DNA of 64,000 bases from Octopus vulgaris (lineage: Eukaryota). The notes beneath the pieces were generated by a model that did no database searches, had not been told where the DNA came from, and saw only the letters and a list, made by a program, of their open reading frames with translations. Position 1 is the stretch's first letter. The number at the start of each line of letters is the position of its first letter. The position numbers and the translations under genes are program-made. This document shows, one piece after another, positions 39,127 through 52,050 of this stretch. The stretch spans positions 110,050,001 to 110,114,000 of the forward strand of contig OX597816.1 in the NCBI GenBank assembly GCA_951406725.2, read 5' to 3'.

Positions 39127-41199
39127 AAAATTTACAGACAACAAAAGACGAAGACATGTGTCATTGAAACATACATACACACACACATACATATATTCAT
39201 ACATACATAATACATACATACATACATAAATACATACATACATATATACATACATACATACATACATACATACATACATACATACATACATACATACATC
39301 GAAATCTCCAATTTATATATTCGGATTACAAATCTACATTTATACCAATATAAACTGTAACAATTGGTTTCGTGAGTAACTGCCAGTTAGCTTGAATTTT
39401 CAGAAGAATTCAACTAAATGACTCGCCCATTACAAATACAATCAGGCGGAACAATATAAATATGCAAGAATCTTCTTAGGTTTAAAATGCGACATTGTTT
39501 TCGTTATCTATATTACAATTATAGAGCTCTGTAAATTTGTTAGAAACCACCTCCATATATATAGATTTGCTTGTTTAGCTTATTGTGTCTCGTTCTGTGT
39601 GAGAAAGTAATGCTTGTTTTGAATGAATATCAACACATTTTCCAAATAAATAATCCTAAACCCATCGTTAGTAATATCCATTTTAATAAAAATTATTGAC
39701 ACCTTTATAGAGATTGTATTAGAATTTCTGCAGTAAATTTGCTGAGAATAGAATAGTTTTTGAAGTTGATTGAATGTAATTCTGGATTTTAATTAACACT
39801 TTTTCAATTTAAAGTGTGGATTGTAACTCATTATATATATTGCTCTATTTATGATCTTGTTCATATATTTAGTATCATTCGTTACTTATTGTTGTATGAT
39901 AGATTGTACGTAACAGATCTCTTGAAATATCCCACTGAAATATTTATGTAGAATCATTTACAATTTGTACGTTAGCAGAAATGTTTGTGATTCTGTGGTG
40001 TTTATATCTTTTCCCTTTATTATTTATATTCACAAAGTAAATGCTCTGATTATAACTCTCCAGATTTAAATAAATTACGCTTTTACCGAATGATTGACTT
40101 GTCAACCAATCTACCGTTCATTTCTAATCTTCTCAAGTGTTCTGAATATGGATGTAAGATGCTGTAGGACACTAAAAAAGTTAAATATTTTGGCAAACTA
40201 GATCACTGGGAAAGATCGAGGCCAATAATTCGGAACAGAAAAGTATTGAAACAAGTACCTTGAGGGCTATATTCAAGTCTCTGAATTACAACTTCAGGAT
40301 CAAAGAATATCATTATTTTTTCTGTGTCTGCCTCCTTTATCTCTCTGACTGTATGTTTCTCTTTCTCTCTCTTTCTATCTAACACTATACAGTCAAATAT
40401 CCAAATGTATACAAATTCAAACACGAACACACACACATACACATGCACATATTTCTGCTCTTGCAGATGTATATGTATGCGTGTATGTTGTTGATACTTA
40501 CAACACAGAATAATGCTGCATAACACATATTAAGAAAATTGTAGCTGCGGAAAATATTACACGTAACAAATGTCAGTGAATTTTAGATATTGAGTAACAT
40601 ATGGTTGTACGTGAATACTATAGAAAATAATTAATCATCCGAAAGGTAAATATAGCAAAATTCATATATATCATTGGAGGTAATAATTAGTATCACTTTT
40701 AAAACACACTATTAAATGCACACGTGGCCTAACATAACCCAGTAGTAAAAACGTGTTTTTGAACGAATTGTTTTGAACCCCAAGGGGAAAACGTGTTTGG
40801 TGTAGACAATAAATTATCTACGTTAGAGAAACCACGACAAATTTCAACGGTATTTCAATGAAAAACGTGCACAGTTGTACATATATTATTTTGAACATTT
40901 ATTAGTGGAATGTTAGTCATTACTAGAAGCCTAGGGAATTATTTCTCATAAGAGTACGCTCAGCGCTTCTAATGTTTCGAGCAGCACATCATTCTACTTG
41001 CAAAATATATTACAGAATTAAGCAGCCAAACAAATTCACAAGGTATAAATAAAAATACCTTAATTACAGAATTCAACAGATTATCTGCTGAAATGCATTT
41101 TGAAGGAACTTGCCTTTCAGAACTGACTTAATATCTTCCAAAGCTGGCACTATATATATATATATATATGTGTGTGTGTCTTTAAGTATCTATGTATGT

Positions 41200-43010
41200 A
41201 TGTATGTATGTATATGGAAGAAAAGTCAAGGTAGAAAATACTAAAATAATTCTATGAAAAAGCTTTTGAGTACCGGTTTCAGCCTTTCAGACTTTTTCAA
41301 CTGTAAGTATAGAAAACAATAAAATTTTAAAAAAATTAAAAAGGTTTTTTTTAAAGAATATTTGCATAGTATTCAAATACAATGGGCATTTTCCTTGTTT
41401 CTGCCTGTCTCTGTCTCTCTTGCTTACTCTTGTGGATTCGAGGTCGTTGTGAATTCTTGGCAGAGAAGGAGAAGAAGAAGAAGAAGAAGGAAGGAAAGAA
41501 AAATAAGGGGGAGAAGAAGAAGAATGCTGGAGTGCGATGATAGTAGTAGGACGTTCGATGGTCAAGTTCCCTAAAAGTGACTTGTTGTGGCTGGTAGTAG
41601 TGATTGAATTCTTGAGACATCTCTGTTGAATGTATTGTTTATAAAATTTGCGTTGGTGTTATTCTCAACGACAATAGTGGTGAAGTTAGGAAGGATGTGG
41701 CGGAGAGGAAGAACACGAAGAAGAAGGAGAAAGATAAGGGAGAATAAGAAAGGAATGTATGTGGTATGATAGTAGTAGGATGTTAAATTGTCAAGTAACA
41801 AAAAGTGGCTCAGTATGGATTATAGCAGTGATTGGGACTGTTTTTAAATGAATTGTTGGGAATCTCTTGAGTGTATCATTTTTAATATTTGCTTGTGTGT
41901 TTGTGTTATTCTAAGGCCGTGGTAGTTATGTCGTTTGTTGTAGATGCGTTCAAAACGGGTCTGTATTTTGTAATAAGCAGAATCTCTTTACCAATTCGTT
42001 GGCTACAGGTTGTATCGTCCCTGAATTGGCAGGGGAAAATTCTGAAGCTTGGATCTTTGTTGTTGGCGCAAATGTCGATGTGTTGGCTGAATGCAATTTT
42101 TCTGTTTTGGGAGATTTTGATGTCTGAGTTCGTGGATGTTGAGTTGAAGAGCACGTTGAAAGCATATGTCAATTAGTGAAGATGGGTCGTTCCTGGTGAT
42201 GAGTGTAACAACCAAAGGGGCTGATAAAGGAAGTGCAGTTGTCTTAATGGACACGGTATTCTCTATAACTCTAGTACTATCCATATTAGAAGTCACAACA
42301 TATGAAAAAAGCCCCAAACTACAGTCAGCAGAAAATAATGAGAGACTGTTTTTTGTTTTGCCAATGTATTGCTCTTGACATCCAGAGCAGGTTCGTGCGT
42401 ATATCAGGTTCTTCGAAGCACATGTGAAGCTGCTTTTCACTGTGAAACGTTGTCCCTATTTGAAGGAGAACTCTGATCCCTCAATTAAATTGTCGCATAT
42501 CCCACAGTGGGATCTTCCGCATTGTTTTACTGATGGCTTCTGTGTTGTTGAGCGTATTCGGGCTTGTGTTAGGAGACTTTTCATAGATATGGGTTGTATC
42601 TTGCTTTTTATGATGGTGTGTGTTTGGAGGATTAAGTTCATTATGTGGTCCTTTTCTTAGCAGGACAATGTTTTGAAGGAGGCTTCATTGTATCGGAGAG
42701 GTTTGTGTGTGGAGATGTATGGTAAGGCTTTTGGCTGTAAATCCTTCTTTAATTTGGGATGTCTGAGTTCCTGGATGTTGAGTTGAAGGGCACGTTGTAT
42801 GCATATGTCAATTAGTGAAGGTCGGTCGTTCCTGGTGATGAGTGTAACAACCAAAGGGGCTGATAAAGGAAGTGCAGTTGTCTTAATGCACACGGTATTC
42901 TCTATAACGCTAGTACTATTCATATTAGAAGTCACAACATATGAAAAAAGCCCAAAACTACAGTCAGCAGAAAATAATGAGAGACCTAAAATCCATAATA
43001 AACCTATTCT
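41200..43010 (-). mobile_element. Penelope-like element remnant (GIY-YIG endonuclease, rearranged)
   Basis: Minus strand: CGRSHCGICDNL (Cys motif), FTCASKNLIYARTCSGCQEQYIGKTK (GIY-YIG), RIGKEILLITKYRPVLN. Plus-strand inverted pieces KGADKGSAVVLMD (Penelope pre-RT motif) occur twice. Terminal hammerhead; (TA)n on both flanks. Confidence 0.9.
41266..41305 (-). ncRNA. Minimal hammerhead variant (U3-A8 core) in the Penelope 3' terminal repeat; helix I degraded
   Basis: Reverse complement TACAG-TTGAAAA-AGTC TGAAA GGCT-GAAA-CCGG-TA^CTCAA. Palindromic ACCGGT, GUA triplet; only 2 bp of helix I remain. Confidence 0.6.
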
Positions 43011-43029
43011 TAATATATATATATATATA

Positions 43030-43790
43030 TATCATCGTTATGTGCGATCTATCATTTTCTAATTTCTTGTCCGTTTGAATAGGAAAGTCTCACAAAATCA
43101 TACATTTCTTCGATTCCAGTAATCTTTCCACCCGATGATTGTACTATATGTTTCCAGCTTCAAATCTCCATTTCTAGCAGAGTTTGCAGTGTATAACGTT
43201 TACAGCCTGGTCATCTCTCCCTTTCCTATATTCTTTCTGTGCTAAATTGGGGTATTCTGTCACAATATATGCCACTGTCTTGTTCCAAATTCCACAGGCT
43301 CTACATTTTTCTGACACACTCTCTCCACACATTTTTTCTCATGTTGTTTGCTTTTATCGCTTGGGCTTGGGCTGTTACAATTAGGCTCTCAGTTTCTTTC
43401 TTTTAATTGACCCTATATCAATCCAGCGCTGGAGTTTGCTCCGCATACTTCTTCAGTGAATCTCCTAACTTGGCCATGCAGAGTTTTCTCTTCAATAAGT
43501 CTGATATGCTCACTTTGTATTTCATCCTTGTCCTTTTCCCCTTTTACGTGCTTCATCACCTTTTATTTAGTAGCTTTTCTGTAAATAATCTTTTAGACTT
43601 TTTCTTTACATCTGTATATATTTTACTCCTGCTATTAAGCCTCTTCCACCTGGGTCTCTCCTCAAGTACAGCCGGTTGATATCAGCTTTCGGATGGTGGG
43701 CTCCATACATAGTCAACAACTTCCTAGATTTTCTATCAAGTTTCTCTATATCGTTTCTGGTCAAGTGTAAAATTCCAACTATTGTCATTA
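43030..43790 (-). mobile_element. R4/Dong-type non-LTR fragment
   Basis: DIEKLDRKSRKLLTMYGAHHPKADINRLYLRRDPGGRGLI, homologous to the 21.2-22.9 kb copy; downstream heavily decayed. Confidence 0.8.
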
Positions 43791-43797
43791 TTATTAA

Positions 43798-44378
43798 GGC
43801 GGTGAGCTGCCAGAATCGTTAGCACGCCACTCAAAATGCTTAGCGGTATTTCGTCAGCCGTTACGTACTGAGTTCAAATTCCGCCGAGGTCGACTTTGCC
43901 TTTCATCCTCTCGGGGTCGATAAATTATGTACCAGTTACGCACTGGGGTCGTTTAATCGACTTAATCCGTTTTTCTGTCCTTGTTTGTCCCTTCTGTGTT
44001 TAGCCCCTTGTGGGTAGTAAAGAAATAAAAATGGGTATTTCGTCTGCCGCTACATTCTGAGTTCACATTCCCCCGAGGTCGACTTTGCCTTTCATCATCT
44101 CGGGCTCGATTAAATAAGTACCAGTTACGGACTGAGGTCGATATAATAGACTTAATCCGTTTGTCTGTCCTTGTTTGTCCCCTCTATGTGTAGTCCCTTG
44201 TGAGCAATAAAGAAATAGGTCTTTCGAGTGCCGTTACGTTCTGTGGTCGACTTTGCCTTTCATCCTTTCGGGGTCGATTAAATAAGTACCACTGAGGCAA
44301 TGAGAGCGATGTAATCGACTTATTCGCCTTGTTTGTCCACTCTATGTTTAGCCTCCTGTGCAAAGTAAAGAAATAAAT
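43798..44378 (+). mobile_element. SINE family B, trimeric tandem
   Basis: One headed unit (43798-44030) plus two head-less units (~44035-44217, ~44218-44378), each with gtcgactttgcctttcatc...gtcgat...aaagaaata. Confidence 0.85.
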
Positions 44379-44520
44379 ATTTGTTAATGTTTGGATGGCG
44401 GGGATTTTGAAGATATCTAACTTGTGTATCACTCTGGGTTAAACGAAGTAAAGGATATTTTCTCTTGCAACAGCAGATCGAGAAATAATTTTTTGTGATT
44501 AAACATTTTCACATTTCGGA

Positions 44521-44521
<1 letters not shown>

Positions 44522-44563
<42 letters not shown>

Positions 44564-44615
44564 GCTACTGCTGCTGCTGCTGCTTCTGCTTCTACTGCTG
44601 CTGCTGCTGCTGCTG

Positions 44616-44661
<46 letters not shown>

Positions 44662-44671
44662 CACCACCACC

Positions 44672-44738
<67 letters not shown>
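44522..44738. repeat. Compound trinucleotide microsatellite (ACT)n-(GCT)n-(ACT)n-(ACC)n-(ACT)n
   Basis: Read directly; preceded by a 22-bp fragment of the 36698 MITE TIR. Confidence 0.9.
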
Positions 44739-44739
<1 letters not shown>

Positions 44740-45555
44740 CGATATATAAATAGGAAAATTCTGCCAACTAGACACCCATTTATTAATTGTTTTGCAAACA
44801 AAATATCAAATTCGCTGCACTACAATATTGTCACAGCATTTCCTTTATCTATCACCGCTGGACAATTCGTCGTATCTAATTGGCTTGATTGATTATCGTC
44901 GACATTTTTAGTTTTCTAATACGATTATATATTTCGCCTTATTATAGTAATACATATGTTATTATTTTGCACGATATATTATATCTCAAGATCATTTTTG
45001 AAAATTGTAAGTTGTCATTTGCCAAAAGACATTTTTAAAAACTGACGTTTGTATAGAACTGTATTAAATTTGAAATACGATAAAAAAAAGTATCGTGCAA
45101 AATACATTGTGCATGGTCTCTTAGAGCATATTTTAAAACTAATAGAATGAACTCGTAATATGTATTATTATATAAACGAAATTATTCATCGGTGTAAAAA
45201 TAATTGTACCTTCACAATTTTTTTCTTTTATACTATGTAGTTTTCTCACCGGAAAGCAACAGATGGTTTGAAAGGTGTTGTAATATAATTCACATGAGAA
45301 ACTTTAAGCCCCAAGTTCTATAACAAGATTATGTAGTTTTACTAATGTACTTGTAAAAGCCAGTGGATTAAATTACTTCAGCTTTCTACCGAACCTAAAA
45401 GCAAAATCTTAACTGTTCATTGTAAATATTATTTAAAGTATCAAACTATGTTTCGCTCGTGTTTGCTGATGCTGAAAATTTAGAAATAAATATTTATTTT
45501 AAATCATAGCGATGGATACATACATACATACATAATACATACATATATATATATA

Positions 45556-45611
<56 letters not shown>

Positions 45612-46985
45612 CATAGATGAGGTTGACGCAAACTCAGCTGCTGGCCCTGATGGATTCCCAGTAGTCCTCAAATCGTGTAAACGAGCCCTTGCAAAACCAC
45701 TGCAGCTTCTTTTTCAGAGCTTTCTTGCAAGTCGTAAGATTCCAGGCTACTGAAAGAAGGGATAATATGCCCTAGCCATAAGGGAGGAAGCAGAATAGAT
45801 GCTGAAAAATTATAGGCCTATCGCTCTGACTTCATACATCAGCAGAATCATAAAACGAATAGCCCGCCATAAAGTAATCGCGTTCCCTGAAGAAAAGGAC
45901 TTGCCGATTTTCACCCAGCATGAATTTCGACAAGGTAGAATGTGCCTAACTCTCGGAACACTATGGCTGGGTGTTAAAACAGGTGCTCAGTGTGGATCTG
46001 ATATAACTCGACTTTGCAAAAGCCTTTGACAAAGTTGACCATGGTATATGTCACAAACTGCGTGATCTCGTCATAGACGGAAAACTTGGTGAGTGGCTGC
46101 ACCCTGTTCCACAGGGCACTGTATTAGGGCCACTGCTGTTTATAGTGGTTCTCTTAGACATGCCCTCAGCTGCTCAGTATGTCATCCTTGCTAGCTATGC
46201 AGATGGTACAAAGTCTCTCAGACAATACAAAACCAGGAAATATTGCATATCTGCAACGTGAGTTGAAAGCAATATGCAGTTGAGCTGAAGACAACAGCAT
46301 GCAGTTTAATGCAGGAAAATTCTAAGCCCAGCACTACCAGCAAACAAAGCTGAACGTCATGCAGACAGGATATACTGGTCCGGAAGAATTGCAATCACAG
46401 AATCAAAAAATAGTGCGTGATCTGAGCATTGACATGAGTAATAATGCATCTTTCCAAGTGCATATTACCAATTTGGTAATAAAAAACGAACGGCTAGCTG
46501 GATAGATCCTCTGAACTTTCAAAACAAGAGAAAAGGAGACAATGATGGTCTTGAGAAGAGCATACTCCTGCTCCCAACTATGGTCAGCACACAATATAAA
46601 ATTAACGGCGGTACTCGAAGTAATCCCACGTAGCAACACTAACAAAATTGTCTCAGTGCAACATATTAGCTACCGGAAGACTAAAAAATACAGGATCAGA
46701 TACAGCAATAGCTTGGGTTTGAAGGGCCCACAGCTCTTCAATATCCTTCCAAAATGCCAGAGAGATCTGCATGGTGTGGATGTAAGTGTCTTCAAAGTAA
46801 ACCTGGATCTCCTCTTCTCAAGGGCTTCAGATAAACCTATCTACAGGCAGGAAACACAGATGAGAAACACCCTCATTCACCAAATGGACACATATCAGGG
46901 AAGGTTTCAGATAATGGTGTAGCACAGTCAACGGTAGTGCTGCAGCATGACCGCAGCTTTGAAGCTGAAACAATTTAAAGATTTA
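45612..46985 (+). mobile_element. CR1/L2-group LINE, decayed RT and 3' end
   Basis: SAAGPDGFP..LAKPL; NYRPIALTS; DFAKAFDKVDH; VPQGTVLGPLLF; SYADGTK; KGPQLFNILP. 3' tail ggtagtgctgcagcatgaccgcagctttgaagctgaaac. Confidence 0.88.
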
Positions 46986-49336
46986 AATATATATATATGT
47001 GTACATATATAATAACTATAATCCTAGGATGGAAATTGTGAATATTTAATGTATCGCTATGCGCGTTCCCATAAATGATATGACTTTTAAAATCACAGCC
47101 CGTATTCCTGGGATGATAAAAATGTAGTCAGTAGTATCGGTAGCCATCCGATTCATCATCATCATTGATTCATTTCTTCAGGCGATATAATATTAATGGG
47201 TGAACCATAGAGGGATGCTTTTGTCTTATTAACAGTATGAAGATCAAGCAAGTTATGTGGGAATTTCTGTGTGTATTTGGTGGGGAGGTGTATAAGTTAA
47301 TGAGAATAGAGGGAGGAATGGTAGTTATATGGGGATGGAGTAGTGTGTGGGGGCGTTGCATTTATTTTGCTATTCATTCGGCAGATGTTACGGATGGGTA
47401 CTACATTCTTGTGTATAATTTCATGTAAGGACTGACTATCTTTCAGATATATATATATATAAGCATAAATATATGCATACATACATAGGTATGTGCATAC
47501 ATAAATATATGTAAGTATGTATATATTACTGCATTAATACAAAAATCGGATCTATATCTGGCACAAACTTATCGTATCGTCTATTATAGTGATCCAGGTT
47601 CATTTTCAGCTTATATCTATAAAGCTGGTATCCGCCTAGAAAAAGAAAGCGTACACGAAAAGCAAAATAAATCATTAAAACTAAGAACTGGCAGAAAAAA
47701 TGAGTAAAAATGAAAATACAAGCCATGATGATATTACATAGGTATAAATGATGATCTGCCTGCATTTTTTTCTTTTTTTACCACTTTAGGCAAAAGATGA
47801 TGATGATAGCGTGTCTAATAATGTCCATTATCAAATACTAAGGGGACGACAAGACATAAATCAATAAAATTGTGAGATCACAATGACTAGTAGTATTTCT
47901 TTTATGGCAATGTACAGTTTTTTCTTTAGTTTCACACCATTATAGACAGCGTAAAAGAAATGTTTTTATTATTCTTGTTGCATAGAATGTAGTGCATGGT
48001 CTCATAAGTGAAGACAAAGAAAAGCAACTTCCTCCGCAAACAGATCATATTTCGATGCACATACTCAGTCTATACTCACACATGGTATACACGTGTATAA
48101 GTACACACACACACGCACGCACATAAACACACACACACACACACACATATGTATAGCAGCATACAAATATATGTGTATAAGTATGCAAGTATATGTATAT
48201 AAATACAAATTGCACACACAGTACATATATACATGTATATATATATATATATGAAGAAGAAGCGGACATCAAATGAGAGAAAAGGAGAGACGCATTTACA
48301 TTACCTGTCCTATGTTGGCAAATCGTTTCAATGCTAAGAAACTAATATTTGTTCCATTATAGTTTATGATGGTCAACTTTGACAGCTCTCTATTTCACCG
48401 TCAATAAATTTACAAAAGCACCATACCCTGAATACTTCTCATTGAACCAATCACACTCAGAGACATGTGCGTACATGTGCATATCTATATGTATATATAC
48501 ATATGCATACATATATATTTATATATATATATATATGTATGTGTACGTATTTGGGTGTGTATGTATGTATGTATACATACATATATATTTATATATAAAT
48601 GAAAATATCTATGTATATTTTCACATATGAAGAGATCCATGGAATCTCAAGCAATGTGCATTACGGGGATGTATCATACTTACTGCATTTATGATGATGC
48701 TCCAATAATGTCCACATATACATTAATTCATATACATTTTCCAACCCCAATTGAAAATTCCGAACAGAAATGGGGATAAATCAATAAGATAGTACTCTAC
48801 ATTTTGGTTCATAGAAAGGTGTACTTAAACAGGTCTTCTAAGGTCTTTTTGAGTCTAATTGAATAAAAGCAATTACTATCTTAAAAATAAACTGTTTTTT
48901 TGGTTTAGATATTATTTTCCGTATTTTAATACATTGTGTCACCTATATAATATTACTTCTAGAATAAAATTGCATTTTCTTTAAAAGTCGATTTTTAAAC
49001 ATCAAACTAAGGTAAGATATATCTGTATATGAAGTGGTATATATGTATTTCTGTATTTGCTTCATGTTCTGGTCACGAATATAAGTGTGTATGGTGTTCA
49101 GTGTGAAAGTGACATTGTGTAGTTATGCATGCCACGTAACTTGAATGGCATATGACCTTGAAATTTTTAATATTTCTTTTTTCCCCGTACGTTGTATGAA
49201 TGTGGCAGAGAGGACCAATATAACACTTAAAGATTATATCATGTTCACTGCACGAGTGCAGAATAACTCTTTTTAGTCACACATATGTAGAGAGATACAT
49301 AAAATTACGTACCTATCTGTATCTATGTTTATATCT

Positions 49337-49401
<65 letters not shown>

Positions 49402-49420
49402 CATACATACATGCATATAC

Positions 49421-49482
<62 letters not shown>

Positions 49483-51159
49483 GGAGAGGGAGATTAATAG
49501 ATAAATAGAGAGATATAAATATATATGTATCTATATATGTATGTATGTATGCTTGTATATTCTTATTATGTGTGTATGTGTGTGTACTTGTATTCTTCAA
49601 AAGCACTATGTTAAATACCTTAGACTGCAACAACAAAAGCTGCAGTTTAGAAGTGTATATAGGTCACAGATATTTCATTAAGTGGCAGGATATAAACATA
49701 TGCACCTGACTTAGAGCAAGGGAATTTGATTTGGAGCCTCTCTTCATTCTGAAGGAACCATTACACGTTGTAAGCATTTTTTATTAAATAGATCTAATTT
49801 AATTCAAAATTCAAAATGCATGAATGTTATTTACAGATACAGTTAAGTACAGTTCATTAGTTGTCTCAAAGACAGAACTTAATATCTGCCTTTTGGAAAT
49901 ATGTTCGCAGTCAGAATGCTCGTAGCTTGGAATCTAATCTTGTTAATGACCTACAATATAGGTATATCATTTAAGTTTTATCAATAATCTATAAAGGCAA
50001 AATAAACAAAATACTAGAGATTATTCACTAATGATGTGCAAGAAAATAAAACACCATCTCCAATCTAGAAGCAGAATATTGAAGGCTAAATTTCGTATAT
50101 CGATTCATCATATCTACAGTTTGTAATATCCATGAACGTTCTGCTAAGTATTCTACATCGTCGAAATTAACTTGTGATGCATGTTTTCTTTTTCCTATTT
50201 ATCAATAATATTATCTGCGGCAATGTAAATTTATCACATCATCCCCTGCGATTACTACACATTATCTATTAACACTGAACTGAGAAGAAATGGCTGCAGA
50301 GTATTGATGCCTTGTGATGTAACATACAGAATGTCAAAGAAAGAAAATGTTGACATATGCATTTTCATCGACAATGGTTAGGAAACGGGATCGGGAAACC
50401 ACAAATTATCATTTTACTTGTATAGGCAGCGATCATAACTTACAATTATTCGTTATCAGATGAGATTCTAATCCGAATGCTTGCAAAATATTGGTCACTT
50501 CTGTTATGGGAATCTTAATATGATAATTTCAATTCGAGATTCGGATTAAAACCGGTGTGCTAGAAGCAATTTACTTTAAATATTGATTTCGAAATTACAA
50601 ACAAGGTAATACATTAGTTGATATTTCAGTAGCCTTAAATTCTGGAGTGCTTTTTTGCTAACATTTTTTTGACTTTTTTCTTAAAAGCTTATCATCCTAC
50701 ATATTTGATAAAGGTCTACTATGATATTCAAAATGTGTTTCTTGTAAATTTAAATTCCATCCTCATTATATTAATTTGATGGTTATACACACTTATTGCT
50801 ACGAAGCTAGTTTTCCTCTAGTGGATATAAATGAATTTCTAGAAAAGTCATCATAAAGAAATATATATCAATGTTTAAATATATCATTGCTAAAGTTGTC
50901 TAACGCAAGTGGGGCAATAAATACGTAATTTTATGTATTCCCTAATGTGTACTATACTCTAGTGTATGATTTTAATATTGAAAACAGGCACTGAAAATTT
51001 TGCTTTTATTTTAAACCAAATGACAACAATCCAAATCATAACATCTAGATACAAAGAAAAAAGGTAAAGAAAAATAAAAAAGGGTTACGCAGCAGAATAT
51101 GGAGGGGGTGCAATGAGCCACCCATCCCAGAACAAATGGTGTGATCAACCGTAAATTGC

Positions 51160-52050
51160 AGTAATGATGGCGATGGCATTGCCGTGGAGAATGGCTAGCG
51201 ACACTAACTGCAGGAGTGGTTCCACCACGCGGTAGCCATTTCTCAGACGGGTCACCATAATTCCGATTTTTCCGGAGGAAACCAGTAGTTCGGCGTCCGA
51301 GGAACATCTGTAGTTTTCAACATCGACCGACACGAGTGATAACGATTATTAAGGGCTCCGTATTTATTTATGTTACTCATTTCTGCGTTATGGTTAGGAG
51401 GGTTGGAAACAGGAGAACCTGTCGCTGCGCATCGCATTCAAGATTTGGGATGTGACTCCCTCGAGTGGTTAGAGGGTTGTTTCATTGGGGCGCTTACTAT
51501 CCGCGCGGTCAAAGTCTACTGGCTCCAGTTGAAACCAGAAGCTAGCCGAGTCAAGGCCTCTTCCACTTATGTCATTCAGAGCGGCGTATGAGGGTAATTG
51601 GTTCGCGGTAAAGGTAATGGATGCAGGCTGAATTAATCGTATGCGAACAACGATATTTGTGCGCACACACACGCGGAGAACGACGTTTTGGGCCACTCCA
51701 ATACGACTGCATTTATAATCTAGAATGGTTCCAGTAAATGAGGAGGGCAGTGAATTAAGCCATGTGCCAATGTTTGACCGTGAAGCAGAACCAAGGCAGG
51801 AAAGGTCTAACGATCTCTAAATCGGTTTGAGTGTAGACGTCCATCTGATGTCATTCCAGTTACGTTGGACGTCCACATTCTGGGGGATGGCAAGGCGGTC
51901 CAGTCGACTAGGGCTGACCCCAGTTCCCGGGTTAGATTTCTTTCGACCATCCCGATGACGCTGCAGGTGGAGGAGACCAAAGGAAAATAGGCCGGCAGAG
52001 ACAGGTCCAATGAGGAACGGAGACCAAGGCCACCGAATATAATGAGCAAT
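51160..52050 (-). mobile_element. CRE-like (RLE-type) non-LTR retrotransposon 3' fragment
   Basis: GGLGLRSSLDLSLPAY; GTWLNSLPSSFTGTILD; AALNDI; LEPVDFDRADSKRPN (PD-motif remnant); GDPSEKWL; VSLAILHGNAIAI. Confidence 0.75.

Noticed and set aside
39355-39435. Minus-strand long stem followed by GAAACCAATTG, with TGTAA/TTACA flanks
   Set aside because: No CUGAnGA core and the cleavage position is G; at best a dead relic.
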